Below are positions 62,261 through 64,000 of a DNA stretch of 64,000 bases, in pieces (the stretch's first letter is position 1; the number at the start of each line of letters is the position of its first letter). The stretch is taken from the NCBI RefSeq assembly GCF_009914755.1, contig NC_060935.1; one strand, written 5' to 3'. The position numbers and the translations under genes were made by a program. Below the pieces are notes generated by a model. That model saw only the letters and a list, made by a program, of their open reading frames with translations, had not been told where the DNA came from and ran no database searches. Source of the DNA: the human T2T-CHM13v2.0 reference genome, Homo sapiens.

Positions 62261-62992
62261 CAAGCTAGTAGCAGAGAGGGAGCCCCGGTTGGTCAGGGGT
62301 GGAGGTTGCAGGCCTGCTCATGGTGGTGTGTATGTCTCCAGTATTGTGTCTCACCCTCTGCTGCTGCCAGGTGTCTCCATAGAACAACATAAGGCTAGGA
62401 ATTTAGTCTCTCATTGTAGGAAAAACAAGGATGTCATGCTATACACCGGGTGTGTAATGATAAAGAAATGCAAATGTTTAGAGCAACAAAACGGAAACAT
62501 GGTTAAGTACATGTTCTAAATATAAACGACACAATGCCGTAATACAAGTAAAAGAAAGGGAAGGAAAACATAACAATCTGGTGAGGTACAAAAGGGTCTT
62601 GTTGTCCCTTAGCTGTGATAAAGTTCTCTCTCCAACCATTTCCTTTTTGTCTTCTTCCTAGCTACATGGTCCAGCCTAGTCTGTCTCAATTTATCCTCAG
62701 CTATTAAATGATGTTAAGTGTCTCATTAACACTTCTTGCCACCAGGAGCAATTGTGTCCTAAGCGATTTTCTTAACTTCTCTGGGCCCAATTCATTCTTT
62801 TCTATTTCTTTGGAGAACTAGTATCTGAAAAACCTTTCCTCTCTTCCTTTCAGTATGTTTTCCTTTCCTGTTTATCTCCACAAAGTATATGTTTATACTA
62901 CAAGTAGGCAATCATATCATTTTTCCTCTGTATTTCTAAGTCTTACTCAGGCCAGCTTCTCTTATTTCAGAGTCAAGTTCAGTATGCTGTGT

Positions 62993-63956
<964 letters not shown>

Positions 63957-64000
63957 GTGTCATAGGCTAAACACATGCCACTATTTGGAGTAGCACAGTG

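Overview
This is non-coding primate (human or great-ape type) genomic DNA, not prokaryotic. It contains Alu SINEs, a young L1PA 3' end, THE1/MST/MLT1/MER50 LTRs, MER5/MER45/Tigger2 DNA-transposon relics and many ancient MIR/L2/L3 fragments. I could not recognise a host protein-coding exon, RNA gene or CRISPR array, and I cannot name the locus. The long ORFs in the track are repeat artefacts or L1-derived. The left ~45 kb is GC-rich and poor in L1 and Alu. It holds a ~3 kb TG-rich minisatellite complex (28.2-31.2 kb), 67-bp and 45-bp tandem arrays, CpG-rich patches, a CpG island at ~40.3-41.1 kb and several CTCF motifs in a divergent arrangement. The right ~19 kb is AT-richer and dominated by nested L1/L2/LTR insertions. 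I found no convincing new biological system. The best leads are the structured TG minisatellite, the candidate CTCF boundary with an orphan CpG-island promoter, and two unusual L1 junction structures. Repeat subfamily names come from visual recall of consensus sequences and need RepeatMasker/Dfam confirmation. Boundaries without a TSD are approximate.
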